In this document: piece by piece, positions 40,901-52,900 of the stretch
Layout of the letters: the number at the start of each line of letters is the position of its first letter
How positions within the stretch are numbered: the first letter of the stretch is position 1
Origin: Phoronis australis
Taxonomy: Eukaryota > Animalia > Phoronida
Length of the DNA stretch: 64,000 nucleotides
Reading direction: 5' to 3'
Assembly: GCA_002633005.1 (NCBI GenBank)
Contig: NMRA01000351.1
Span: 173,258-237,257, forward strand
The notes under the pieces: model-generated
Told to the model about the DNA's origin: nothing
The model's input: only the letters and a program-made list of their open reading frames with translations
The model's database searches: none
Translations under genes and position numbers: made by a program

Positions 40901-43900
40901 TGAGTGTGCTATCGTTGTCACAGATATAGTTCCAAGAGCGGCTACCAATGAGACTGCTGTACTAAACTGTGGGAGGGAGTACGTTAATGTGCATGCATAT
41001 AATTTACACTTTTATTATTTGCTTTATTTCCTATTCTCGTTTACAGTAAACCACATGTAACTTCGAGGTGATTTTTGATTATTAAGAAGTTGTTTTTTAA
41101 ACTGAATTTAATGAAGAAATTACACATTCGTGGCCTTGTCGCACTCTCTCAAAATAGCTTGAATCTGCCATTCACTGAAGAGCTGACAAACAGATTGCAC
41201 TCTGCGGAGAACGAGACGAGTTGTAACGTTGTTAGGTCTTTTGTTTGATTTGGTCGAGTTGTCTGTTTTTTGACTTTCAAACCTGCCAAATCGACTTAAT
41301 TGCAAATACAGGGAAAAGCCAGCCGAGCTCGTTGGTCCTGCAAGTCAGCGCTTGCTCTATGTTCAGATCGAGTCGAGCTTGTCTAGAAATGGGTCGAGGG
41401 GTGGCTGTGGATCGAGAGAGTCTTGGGTCGAGGGGGTCATGGGTCGAAGGGGTGACGGGGTCCAGGATTTTTAAAACAATCCCCACGAACAAGGTATCAA
41501 GACACAAATGCAAATTGCAAAACTGTTCAACTTGCAGGTAGATGTGTTCCTAAACAATCCTGCAACTGTACGGATGAGGACGGTGTCTCATACACGCCTA
41601 CTGAACGGATTACGATTGACGGCTGTAAAGACTGGTAAGATGCTGTTGTATTAGACCTTACGTCAAAGGTTCAAACATTCTGCTCATATTTACAAATCAG
41701 TGCCACGTCATTGTACTGAACACAAGATATGGGTTTCCAAAACGTGACAAGCCCGTTCGTGTCGTGTGCACGTCACCTTCACTGAATCAGGAAAAATCCC
41801 TCCCAAGACTGGAGGATGTTAAGTTGCAGTCTATGACTGAGAAAATGGCCAGAATGTTCCGTAGTATCAATTGAACCTGGGATAAAGTTGTTGCCTTATG
41901 CAGTAGAGAATATTCTAGGGTTGCCAACGAGGGCCAAGACGTGCCACGATTACAGTCTTGTGTTGTCGTAGCACTGGGTAAAGACGTGTCGCGCGTGTAG
42001 TCTTGTGATGTTGTAGCAAGGTTAAAGACGTGTCACGATTGTATTCTTGTGTTGTCGTGACGAAGGCAGCGATGCCACTATATTAGTCTTTTGTTATCGT
42101 AACAAGGATAAAGACGTGCCCCGAATATAGTCTTGTGAGGTCGTATCAAGGGAAAAGACGTGCCACGATTTCAGTCTTGTGTTGTCGTAACAAGGGTAAG
42201 AAGTGCCGCGATTGTATTCTTATGTTGTCGTAACCAGGGTAAAGAAGTGCCACGACGTTTCCTGTGTTGAAAAAATTCAGTTCAAATGCATTCACTTCAC
42301 CTGCATTATTCTGGACTCCATCGTCATAGGGCGTTTCAAGATTATTTTGAAATCAAACAGTCGAATCGCCATATGTCTAAGCAGCGAGGTGTCATTTCCG
42401 ACGTACAGTCGAGTGGTCATTTGCCCATTCCATTTTCTAAGACATGCCGAAGCATAAGTCAGTTGAATTGAATGTTTGAGCGACACTGGCATCTACCGGC
42501 AGACAGAATTACCTCTTTAATATTTATGAATAGCATCCAAACTAACCAACGAAGGATATTATATGAACTGCACTGAGTCGTGACGCGGGCGTCATTATTC
42601 CACTGCTCGCGCCAGCTACCGTATGAAGCAATAATCAACAATATACACTGACCTAGATTAAATATAATTTAAGACAATGCTTCAACCAGTGCATGGAACG
42701 TTCACAATGAACCTGATATTAATCAAAACTAAACTGGTTAACATCGGAATCCAGATAGAGAGAACATATGCCAGTGATTGGTGTGGAAAATAGCACCTTC
42801 TTCGAAAAAACATAAAATCTCCCTTGGGATACACTCGTCTGCTGACGTCATGAGCAGTTATAAAGCAGTTCCCTCTAACTTTTGGGAATACGCTTTGACC
42901 TTTTCGAATTCAATGAGATGAAAGTCGGTCTTTCCTTCCCGACTCACCCTTGTTGAAACCATGGTATCTATTGATAGGTTGGTGTGAGCGTAATCATACA
43001 TTTTGTGACTTTTGAATGGTGTACAGTCTCTATTCCCTTTTACATCAACCCTTATTCGATAAAATGTTCGTCATTTACCTTACGGCATTACGGTATTTTA
43101 TAGAGACTGTCTTAATCAATGTACCTCCAAATTACAAATTTTGTGTGACTTTGCTGAAAATTGAAATTTTACAAATCTCTGCCTTACTTAAGGTCAAGTT
43201 TTTGAGTGTCCTTAGGGTTCCGTGTTGTCCCATCTTCAGAAGGAACGCAATTTTAGTTTCGGCATAACTGATATATTTAGTCGATCAGACAAATATCTGA
43301 GTGGGTGTTTATCCTAATTGTCAAATGGTGACTGTGGGTTTAGTTTAAGTGGTATACAGTTACGCTTTGTGATTGTGCGTGATGGAGAGAGAATAATAAA
43401 ACCCAGTAATAACTTTATTATTTAATAACCACTAATTAATGTAAGTGAAGCCTGTTCTTACTTAAAAATTACGCTAGCGCCCTCCGTAAGGATAACTTTA
43501 ATCAACTGACCATAAATAGTCAAGTGTCTTATCTGCTATCTAAGCTGTAGGACTCAATCGTTGGATGACAGTCCTGTCATGTTGGTCAATTCTCGTAATG
43601 TAATGCGACAGTATATTTGCTGGTCTAAGTCCTTCGTGACGCAACACAAGTCTGTAATATCTCTCTACCCACAATACACTACGCAACGACACATGTAAGC
43701 AGTATCTGGCTACCCACAATTTCTCTTGCTGGGCATAATCATAAAACCACATGATCTTATCCAATCATATCATTGGCTGTTACGATCTGGTTTCAGAAAT
43801 TTCTAGAATCCTTAGAAAACATTGACCTCAGAACAAAATCTAAAAATACATTTAGAAATCAAAAGTACATGTAAACACGTTTGACCCCAGGGTTTTAAAA

Positions 43901-46900
43901 GTACCCATGTACAAATTTTGGGCAACTTCAATGGAACTAACTCTACTAATTTCATAATCAATGTTTATTGTGATATTACAATCTTTCAGATGCTTTCCAG
44001 TCAAAAATATCCGATTACTCGATTGGTTACTACTCAAAACACTGTTCTTTTCAGTTCAATAGTTACGACTTACGACAAATGGCCAAATTTCAGTATATAG
44101 AACTGATGAAATTTGCGGTTTCAAGGTACCGACATTGTTTTCTTAATGGAGGCTATAATATCAGTGCCACAAATTTCAAGGTACCGACATTGTTTTCCTA
44201 ATGGAGGCTATAATATCAGTGCGACAAATTTCAAGGTACCGACATTGTTTTCCTAATGGAGGCTATAATATCAGTGCGACAAATTTACAGTGTGTGTCAA
44301 GATGGTCGCTTCAACTGCAGCACAGACAATTGCCCGGAAGTTACAACGATGGGTAAGTGGATCTAACAAGATATATTTTTAGTTACCGCGGAACTCATTT
44401 CTGCAGAACATTCCTCTTACTCCCAATATGTTTTTTGTTGTAGCAAAATATACTCATTGATTATCATTTGTTGAGAACGAGTGGTGGATTAAACATACGC
44501 ATGAGATGGCTACATGAACTTCAAAGGAGCACTAAACACTAATTCTGATTATTGACGTAAGTTAGCACCCATAAAATACTTTTAAAAATATTTGAAACAA
44601 CGCGAAACTCGGTTCAACTTCGCCATTCTTTAAAACCCTGATTCTATAAAATTGCAACAAACGATTTGGTGAGCAAATGGACGACTGTGGCGAGAAGGGG
44701 CGCCTCTCGAACCACCGAATTTATTTTGTATCATAATGAGGACAGCGATTTAGCTGAACAAGGCTTATATTTTACTGGAATGTAAATTATCCAATATCAG
44801 GTGGATGTTTCTCCAAAAGTTTGTACCCTTATTTTGGGCTAAAGTTCGGTCTGTTCAGTGATAGCTTAACCTGTTTCACGATCTCACGTTAAGGTTCAGA
44901 ATTACGAAGTGTATCCGTGTGATACTCGAGACACAAAACAGAAATACGTAGCCTGCAACTTTGGCTCTTGACTACTCGGGAATCAGGTCTCAGGTGACGG
45001 AAGTTATTTTGGGTAAAACATCCAAAACACTTTAAAAACACTACACCCTATTAGCGATAACTTATTGCTAATATCTGTGTCATCAGTGATTAAAATCTTA
45101 AAGTTTGTAATTTTTTGGTCTATGAACATCGTCATTGAAGTCTTATAACTTTGGAAGGAGTTTGAAAAGTCTCACTATGTCTGCTATATCGGAAAGCGTG
45201 AATCAGACTTTGGAAGACGAAATCTAATGGACAACTATATGAAAAACACCCGTCTCGTACTCATTAATTTGCTGAACAATGCAGTCACGTCTCAGGTGAA
45301 ACATTAGCTGTACAATTGTAGATGGCTCAACAAGATTTGTGTTAAATGTAATATAAAGAAGTTGGCTAAGACGACGATGACGACTATCGCAGTACTGTGT
45401 TGATTCTATACACTGCCTTCATACTTTCAGCAACCGGTTGTTCTGCTGATCAAAAACCGGGATGTAGCAGTTGTCGCGGCACCAGTGAAGCTCTCTGTGA
45501 TATTGTAAAACAAGAGAAGACTTGTCCAGAGCCACACGTAAGTTGTTCTCCTCTTTGAAATTCATCCATTAACAGTACGTGGACCTCTGTCAGAAATGTA
45601 AACGTACCATTGATAGATCACAAGTGTTCACTTTGCCAACATGTCAGTCTAAGGTAACGGTTAGAGTAAGACTGGAGACATTTGTTTAGTGACCCTTTTC
45701 AAATTGGTGCGGACATCTCTATGCAAATTGTGTATAGTTTGTTGTTGTAGCGTTGAGAGTGTACACAAGCAATGACTATCAGACTGGCTTGACTGACCTG
45801 CCTTTATTTCTACATGGCTGAACCGGAAGCGCCGGTAAAAACTATGTAACGATTAACAGAGATAAGTTAGTAAACATATAATCACACATCTCCCTTCTTC
45901 TAAAGTTTTGAAGAAACTACTTAAACTAAGCGCTAAAGATATAAGTCCATCTTAAAACTTAGAACGTTCAATAGAGTCACTCTTCAATGAGGCGCTCAGG
46001 TCGATTCCGAGGACGGCTAGATCTTCTAAGCTGCGTCGGTTGGGTTTGTTCTAAATCTGGTGTCCGCAGTGTTTCCTGGTTGTTCACTGGTGCCTCCTGT
46101 TGTGAGGATGCTGAAGGTGGTTTGTACAGGTCACGTCGGTTACGACGAATTTCTGCTCCTTCATCTGTCTGAACCAGGTAAGACCGTGTTGACACTTCTT
46201 CGCGTACTGTGGCTTTGTCGTCCCACTTCTTCGACACGTGGTCGTACACGTTTAGTTTGTCACCAACGTGTTGAGGGGGTAGAGCTCTCGTGTTCTGATG
46301 GTAGTATCTTTGCGTTTGTCGTTGTGAGACAACTTGAACTCAACCACATTTTTAGAGTTTTCTACCTTTAGTAATGCTGGATGGACAGGAACACTAGTTC
46401 TGATTTTTCTTCCCATCAGCAACTGGGCAGGAGATAAGCCACGTGACATCGGTGTGGCTCGATATGCTTGCAAAGCCTTATACATGTCCACGTTCTTCTC
46501 GAGCAAATGTTTGACTTGTTTCACGGAGCTTTCCGCTAAACCGTTTGAGGCAGTGTAGTGTGGACTAGACGTGATGTGTTGAAAGTCCCACTCTTTGCTG
46601 AAGTTCTTGAACTCCGACGAACTATATTGCGGGCCGTTATCCGAAATAACCATGTCAGGCGTTCCATGGCGAGCAAACATGGACTTCATCACTGCTATCA
46701 CTGCACCACTAGTTGTAGACTGCAGGTACGATATTTCCGGGTACAGAGAATAGTAATCGGTTACTATGACGTACTGTCTTTGTTTGATCTGGAACCGGTC
46801 AGATCCAATCCTTTGCCAGGGTCTTGTAGGTACTTCATGGGGTTTGTAGAGGTTCCGCTGCTTGTCGAGGAAGGTAGGTTTGGCAGGTAGAACAATTCTG

Positions 46901-49900
46901 AACCATCTGAGCCATGTCCGCGTTCATTCCGGGCCAATACAACAATTCTCTTCCTCTACGTCTACACTTTTCGATTTGCATGTGTCCTTCATGGATCCTC
47001 GATAGCATAAGTTTTCTCAGTGACTTAGATATGACGAGTTTACAACCCTTAAGCACTAGTCCATTTGCAACAGACAGTTCTTCTCGAACATTCCAATAGC
47101 TGATGGCGCCTTTAGGGCATTCACTTTTACTTTGCGGCCATCCGTCTAAGATGACAGCCATGAGGTTTGCCAGTTCTGTGTCTTTGGAGGTCTCCTCCTT
47201 GATTTCGTCTATTCTCGCGTCCGAGATCTGCATGGTGCAGAAAACCATATCAATGTAGCAGTTAATGTCGTCTTCCGAGGTTGTCTGGTTTACTGTCTTT
47301 TCTGGTGCTCTCGAAAGTGTATCAGCGGCTGCAAGATGTTTTCCAGGTGTGTACTCAACCTTCAGGTCATGGTATTCATCGTCTTTGATCTCACAAATGA
47401 GCCTAACCAAGTCCAGCTGCTCACATGCCGATTTTCCGAGAAGTGACGTTACTCTTCTGGGTACGATGAAGAATGTTGTCCATATCTTCTTAGTCCCATG
47501 GCTCACTTCTACTTGGGATATCCCTTTGACTGGGATTTTGACGTTGGTGTACGCTTTCAGCCCTTGTTTAGTTTGGCTCAACTTAGGTTTTGGATTAAGT
47601 TGGTTGTAGTCAGCTTCAGAAAGTATGTAGCTTGCGCACCTGTGTCAAGTTTTAAAGGTATGTTCTGTCCCTGGATATTAAGGTTAACAATCCAATCGTT
47701 GTTTCCATTGTTGTGAGAGTTCATGTTGTCAATGGTAATGTCTCCTACGAAGAAATGTTCCTCAGTAGTTTCTGTCGTGTCAATGTGCTTAGTCTGGCAG
47801 TACTTAGCGAAGTGGTTCTTGCCTTGACACCTTGGACATATCTTCCCATACGCAGGGCATTGCATATTAGATGCATGATGTGTTCCACAGCGACGGCAAT
47901 CGTGTGTTTGTTGCTGCTGCCTTCTGTACTGTGGTTGCTGTCTCACGTGCTGTTGTTGCTGTCTCGCGTGCTGTTGTTTCGGTATCTGTTGTCGTTGCCA
48001 TTTTTGTTTTGCCACGTAGTGGGTCTTGGGTTTCTGTTGTCGTGAGTTCACTGCATGAACAGTGGCTTCCTGGCCTGTGTGTAGCACTCCCATATGGGTT
48101 TTGGCAATTTCAGCAGCTTTACAGTGTTGAATAGCTTTCTGCAAGGTCAGGTCTGGTTCTCTCAGCAGGTTTTCTCTAAGTTTGTCATTCGAGATACCCA
48201 CCACGATGCGGTCACGTATGAGGGTGTCTTGTAAGTCTCCAAATTCGCATGGTTTAGCCAATGTACGTAGTTTGGTCACATACTGATCAATGGACTCATC
48301 TGATTGTTGAATACACTTGTTGAAGTTAAATCTTTCAACAATGACATTGGATTTTGGTGTACAGTACTCTTTAAATTTACTGAGTATTGTGTCATAGTCT
48401 AACTCAGTGCCAGACTCAAAGTTAAATGTGTTATAAACGTCAAGTGCATCTTCCCCAATAACGTGTAGCAACACTGGTGACTTTTCACATGTGTCCCTTT
48501 TGTCTCCGCCTGAAGCAGTCATGTACAGTTTGAATCGTTGTTCAAATTTTTTCCAATGTCTGCTATGTTACCAGTTAAACACAAGGCAGGAGGTGGCGTT
48601 AGGGACATATTGGCTGGCTGTGTTGTAGTCGATGATTTAGCTGCCATACTACAGTCTATTTATAGCAGTAAACATGCTGCGTTCTGATTCCAGACAGTTA
48701 GTTAAGAAATATAAACAACATGTGTGGATCTCACCCGCCTCCCGTTCAGTAACGCTAGGACCTCGCTAAAAGGCAAGACTTCGCGAGATTACGTGAAATA
48801 TTGCCGTGCATTTTGAATAAGAACACGTGACTTTGACTAGCTTTTAGCTAGGTCCTAGCGTAGGTCCTAGCGTCTACTGAACGCACGCCCGATATGTCTT
48901 GTTCCGCGAAGCACTGCAACGGGTTTCAGTCTGCTTCAATCACAAATATAAGCACAACCGTCCTGTCCCGTCTCCAAACAGTCACTAAAGTGTTTCTTTA
49001 CTCCTGACACCATGTATAGTTTGTTGTTGTAGCGTTGAGAGTGTACACAAGCAATAACTATCACACTGGCTTGACCGACATGCCTTCATTTTTACATGGC
49101 TGAACCGGAAGCGCCGGTAAAAACTATGTAACGCTTAACACAGAGATAAGTTAGTAAACATATAATCACACAAATTGTACTGTACCTCGTACGTATTAGG
49201 CTAATACATGTGTCATCGCTACCCGTGGGCAGCTGATCAATTCCAGAACTTATTAATTTCCCACAATTCTTTGCGCAATATGATTCCACGCGCTATGCTT
49301 AGAAGTATTTATTGCCGAATCGTGGGCATCAAACTTTCTCTTTGGGTTGTTTAAGTTGTTTATATGGTTTAAAGACCCAAGTATAGCCAAGGTGTTTGTC
49401 TGTTCACAGTCAATGTGTTTGACGACGAAAATAACTAACGACGAAGGAGACGTGACGTTTTATGAAGTTAGATGCGAGCCCGACTGCGTGGACTCGTGCA
49501 ACGATACGACCAAACCATGCAGAATCTGCAAGCCCCGCCACTGTGTGACAAAAAGTGAGTGAACGTTTCAAAACTTGACGTAAACATTGTCGCGGTGATC
49601 ACATCAACCGAAGCGAATGTATCTCAGTGACATAGCGGTTGCAAGGTTTTGAATATTGCTTACGCGGAAGATCTTCTTTGTGTAAACTCGGATGCTTAAA
49701 GGCTCACAGGGCACTACTTAGGCCATGAGCCCATGAGCCCGCAAATTTCAATCACAAACCCCGTTTTGGCCTGTTAACAGATACTACATGTAAAAGAGAC
49801 TCTTCTGTCCAGTTCTCTAAAAACAATGATGCCCTAATGTTTGGAGGAAAATTTGAAAACTCCTTTCAAGGTCTGCTAAACGAGCAGGCGTGACCTACGC

Positions 49901-52900
49901 TTTTAGCAAATTGCCCTGCAACTGTGGGAATAGACCACCTACATGTACCAGGGCAGCCCTTCGTGCATTTATGCATGTGAGAGCGTGTGAGCATTTCGAG
50001 TAGGTATGAATGAGTAAGGCTACCATCAATATTACCGACACGAAGGAAAAATTCAAATTCCAAATGTGGACACTTAGACAATCCTTATTAAAACAGCAAT
50101 AACGCTTGACGTGGACACTGACCGACTTAAAGTCAACAATCAGGCGTAGAAATGCCTTCCTTACCGACCTCTCATAAGTCATTTGTCTGATTCCACCCAG
50201 ACCACAATGATGTGTGGAAGATTTGCGCACCTCATTAGTCACCTGCTGTTGTCATAACTTTAAGGATTGTGTGGTAAAACTAATGTTTCGGGATGCTCCA
50301 AAATGTTTTTGACGAGGAGGTACAATTGAAAAATTAGGATGGGCACCCAATTAGAAAGTGGGCTGAAAAAGGGAGAACCCACTTGTAGGGAGTTTCCGTG
50401 AAAAGTTCAGGACTGCATTGTAGAGATTGATACATGTAGTTTGCAAACCTTTTATTTTTTAACATTTTCTCAAATATAATGCAATCCTTGAACAAGTCGG
50501 AGTTTTATGGTTATGAACGCATACTCTAGAGTCAGCAAGTATAAATGAAACGCGTACCCAACCGAGCGGCTCTCAACAACTTTTCTATACTTGTACGCGC
50601 GCTGAAAACGTCTTAACTAAAAAGGTGACGTATGTGAGGTGCGATTTCAAACTAAAAAAAGTTCTCTGTGGTACGAAAACAGATAGTTTATGTAAGTACA
50701 TTACTTTCACAACAGGACACTTAGCAGACTACAAAAACTCAAATTCAGTACGTGCATATTGCCTTTGGGTGCCTTTGCATTCTCATCCAGCAATCTTGGT
50801 AGCTATCGGAATTCTTAGAGTAGACGTGTTTTCCAATAGTGTTGACTAAGGAATAAGTTTGCTGCTGATCGCGTAATGGAAACAATGCGACGTTGAGGTT
50901 CACCGGTAAGGCCAAGGTCAAATACTTTCAACGTACATTTAGTTTGTATTCTCATTAAGACCTTAATCCTTTGCACCAAAGATACCTTGTGAGGTAATTG
51001 TTGGAAAATGAGAAGGTAACAGCAACATGTCACATACAATTAATTTCAGAGACTATGTTTGTTTTATTTTCAGCGAAATGTTCTGATGATGGTTTCGTCG
51101 AATGTAAAGACGGACACTGTGCGCGCGAGTGCGACGGACGCGCCGAGTGTTTAGATGGATCAGATGAACAAAACTGCTGTACGTTTGAAATCATAATTCA
51201 GTCTCGGGAACGAAGCTAGGCTCAAAAAGCCTTATACTATATTGAATGTCTGTTGGAGGAGTTCACCGCCACATACATTAGATGCATCATCTGCAAACGA
51301 ACTCATCCACTGATTACATTTTTCATATATTCCAAACTTTCCAGTCTTTTAATGGATTTTAAGGTTCAATTAGAGCTTCTTGACTAGACAAATTTGAAAC
51401 CTCTCATAACCAAGTTCTAGTCATAAAAGCGTCGTCTGTTTTCTGCACTCGCAAATGTGCTCTTACAAAGCACAATCCTGGCGTTCTTATCATTCGTTTT
51501 AGTTTAAGTTTGTTACAATTTACTTCCTGGATTTCCACTGACAGCGATACTGTGCAGGAGACTGAAACTCGCCTTGAAAAAAGATTGAATGCGTCTGGTC
51601 TAGATGATTAAGTCCTGTCAATGTTGCTCAAACAGTGAAATCTTCTCTAATCTATTTGATACTACGAAATCTGATTTTGTGGAACTAGGATCTCGGCTGG
51701 AATTCGAGGCAATTGCCCCCCACCAAAAATTAATTTCGGCGGAAGACGAGACTTACGTGTCCTTTTAAAATGCCTACTGATTTTGGAAACGTCAACACTT
51801 ACAAATATTGATGTAGCGCTCCATGTCTCTAAGATCACACTAACGCATGTCTCATATACGAACACTATGTCATTTTAGATTCTACCACTGCTGCACCAAC
51901 CACCACAGTACCGCAATGTGCTTATGGGTGTTATCATGACGGGGAGTGTAAGCAGGTAACGACAATTTGAATATTGCCATGCTGTTGCAAACTGCTTTAC
52001 AACAGGAGGGTGTTATAAGAAAATGGTTTAATTAGTTATCGAGAGTTAAAAACCGAATCTCGTGGAGTGCTCTTAGCTTGCACTCACCGAACATCTGTCT
52101 TCTAACACGTGAACGGACGTGAAGTATTGGTGAGATAAAACTGGTGCTAGCTACTACGTTCTCTGGCTTATCTTCCGTGTAAAGGTTGGGTTCCACGAAG
52201 GGTACACCACGCACCTTACCAGTGAAAACAAAACGGGAAAACGTCACTTCGCGGCTTTTTTTGGAATTGGAACCAGTAGCGCCCCTAGCGGTTGTATGTT
52301 CATTGGTTATGGCTTGCAGTTTGACAAGTGTGGGATGCTTCTTAGCGACCGTTTAGTTGGCCTTAAGTAGGGCATCTCAATCATATAGACCGATTTGGAT
52401 TGCTAGGAGAATGAAATATGAATGATATCTGTTCAAATCGGTCAGATATATCTGTTAAAAATGTCCCAGTGAGGGCAAAGTGCTTACTGGTCTGCCAGTC
52501 CAGGTGAGGCTTCATTTCATTTTCAGTTTATTAAACAAAACATATTTAATGTGCTATTCTGGTACTGTGCTATCTCACTAAGAGTTCCAAAGCATCAAAG
52601 AATCACAACTGAGAACCCATTCAAATGTGGCATAATGTTATCTAGCCTTCCCAGAATTCTCCCAAGTTCTACCATGAGATACGGGCATGCGCAGCAAAAA
52701 TATTTTACAACCTGTCTTCTGAGAAGCGTAGGCCATTTTTCGCTTGGAGGATTTTCATGTATAATTATGTCATCAGCAAAGATGTATCTCATAACGTATC
52801 CCATAGACGGTTTCCAACATTGTGATTACATTGCACTTGTTAATGTGTACCAATAAAGTGGCCTGTGATGACATTTCTAGGTGGGGACAAGCTGGGACAT

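Larger units (their letters stand above)
45731..49172 (-). mobile_element. Ty3/Gypsy LTR retrotransposon (Mag-like), internally deleted and non-autonomous, in intron 25
   Basis: TG..CA LTRs 45731-45888 and 49013-49172; 5-bp TSD AATTG at 45726-45730 and 49173-49177; PBS, PPT, gag, protease and integrase recognisable; frameshifts present. Confidence 0.95.
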
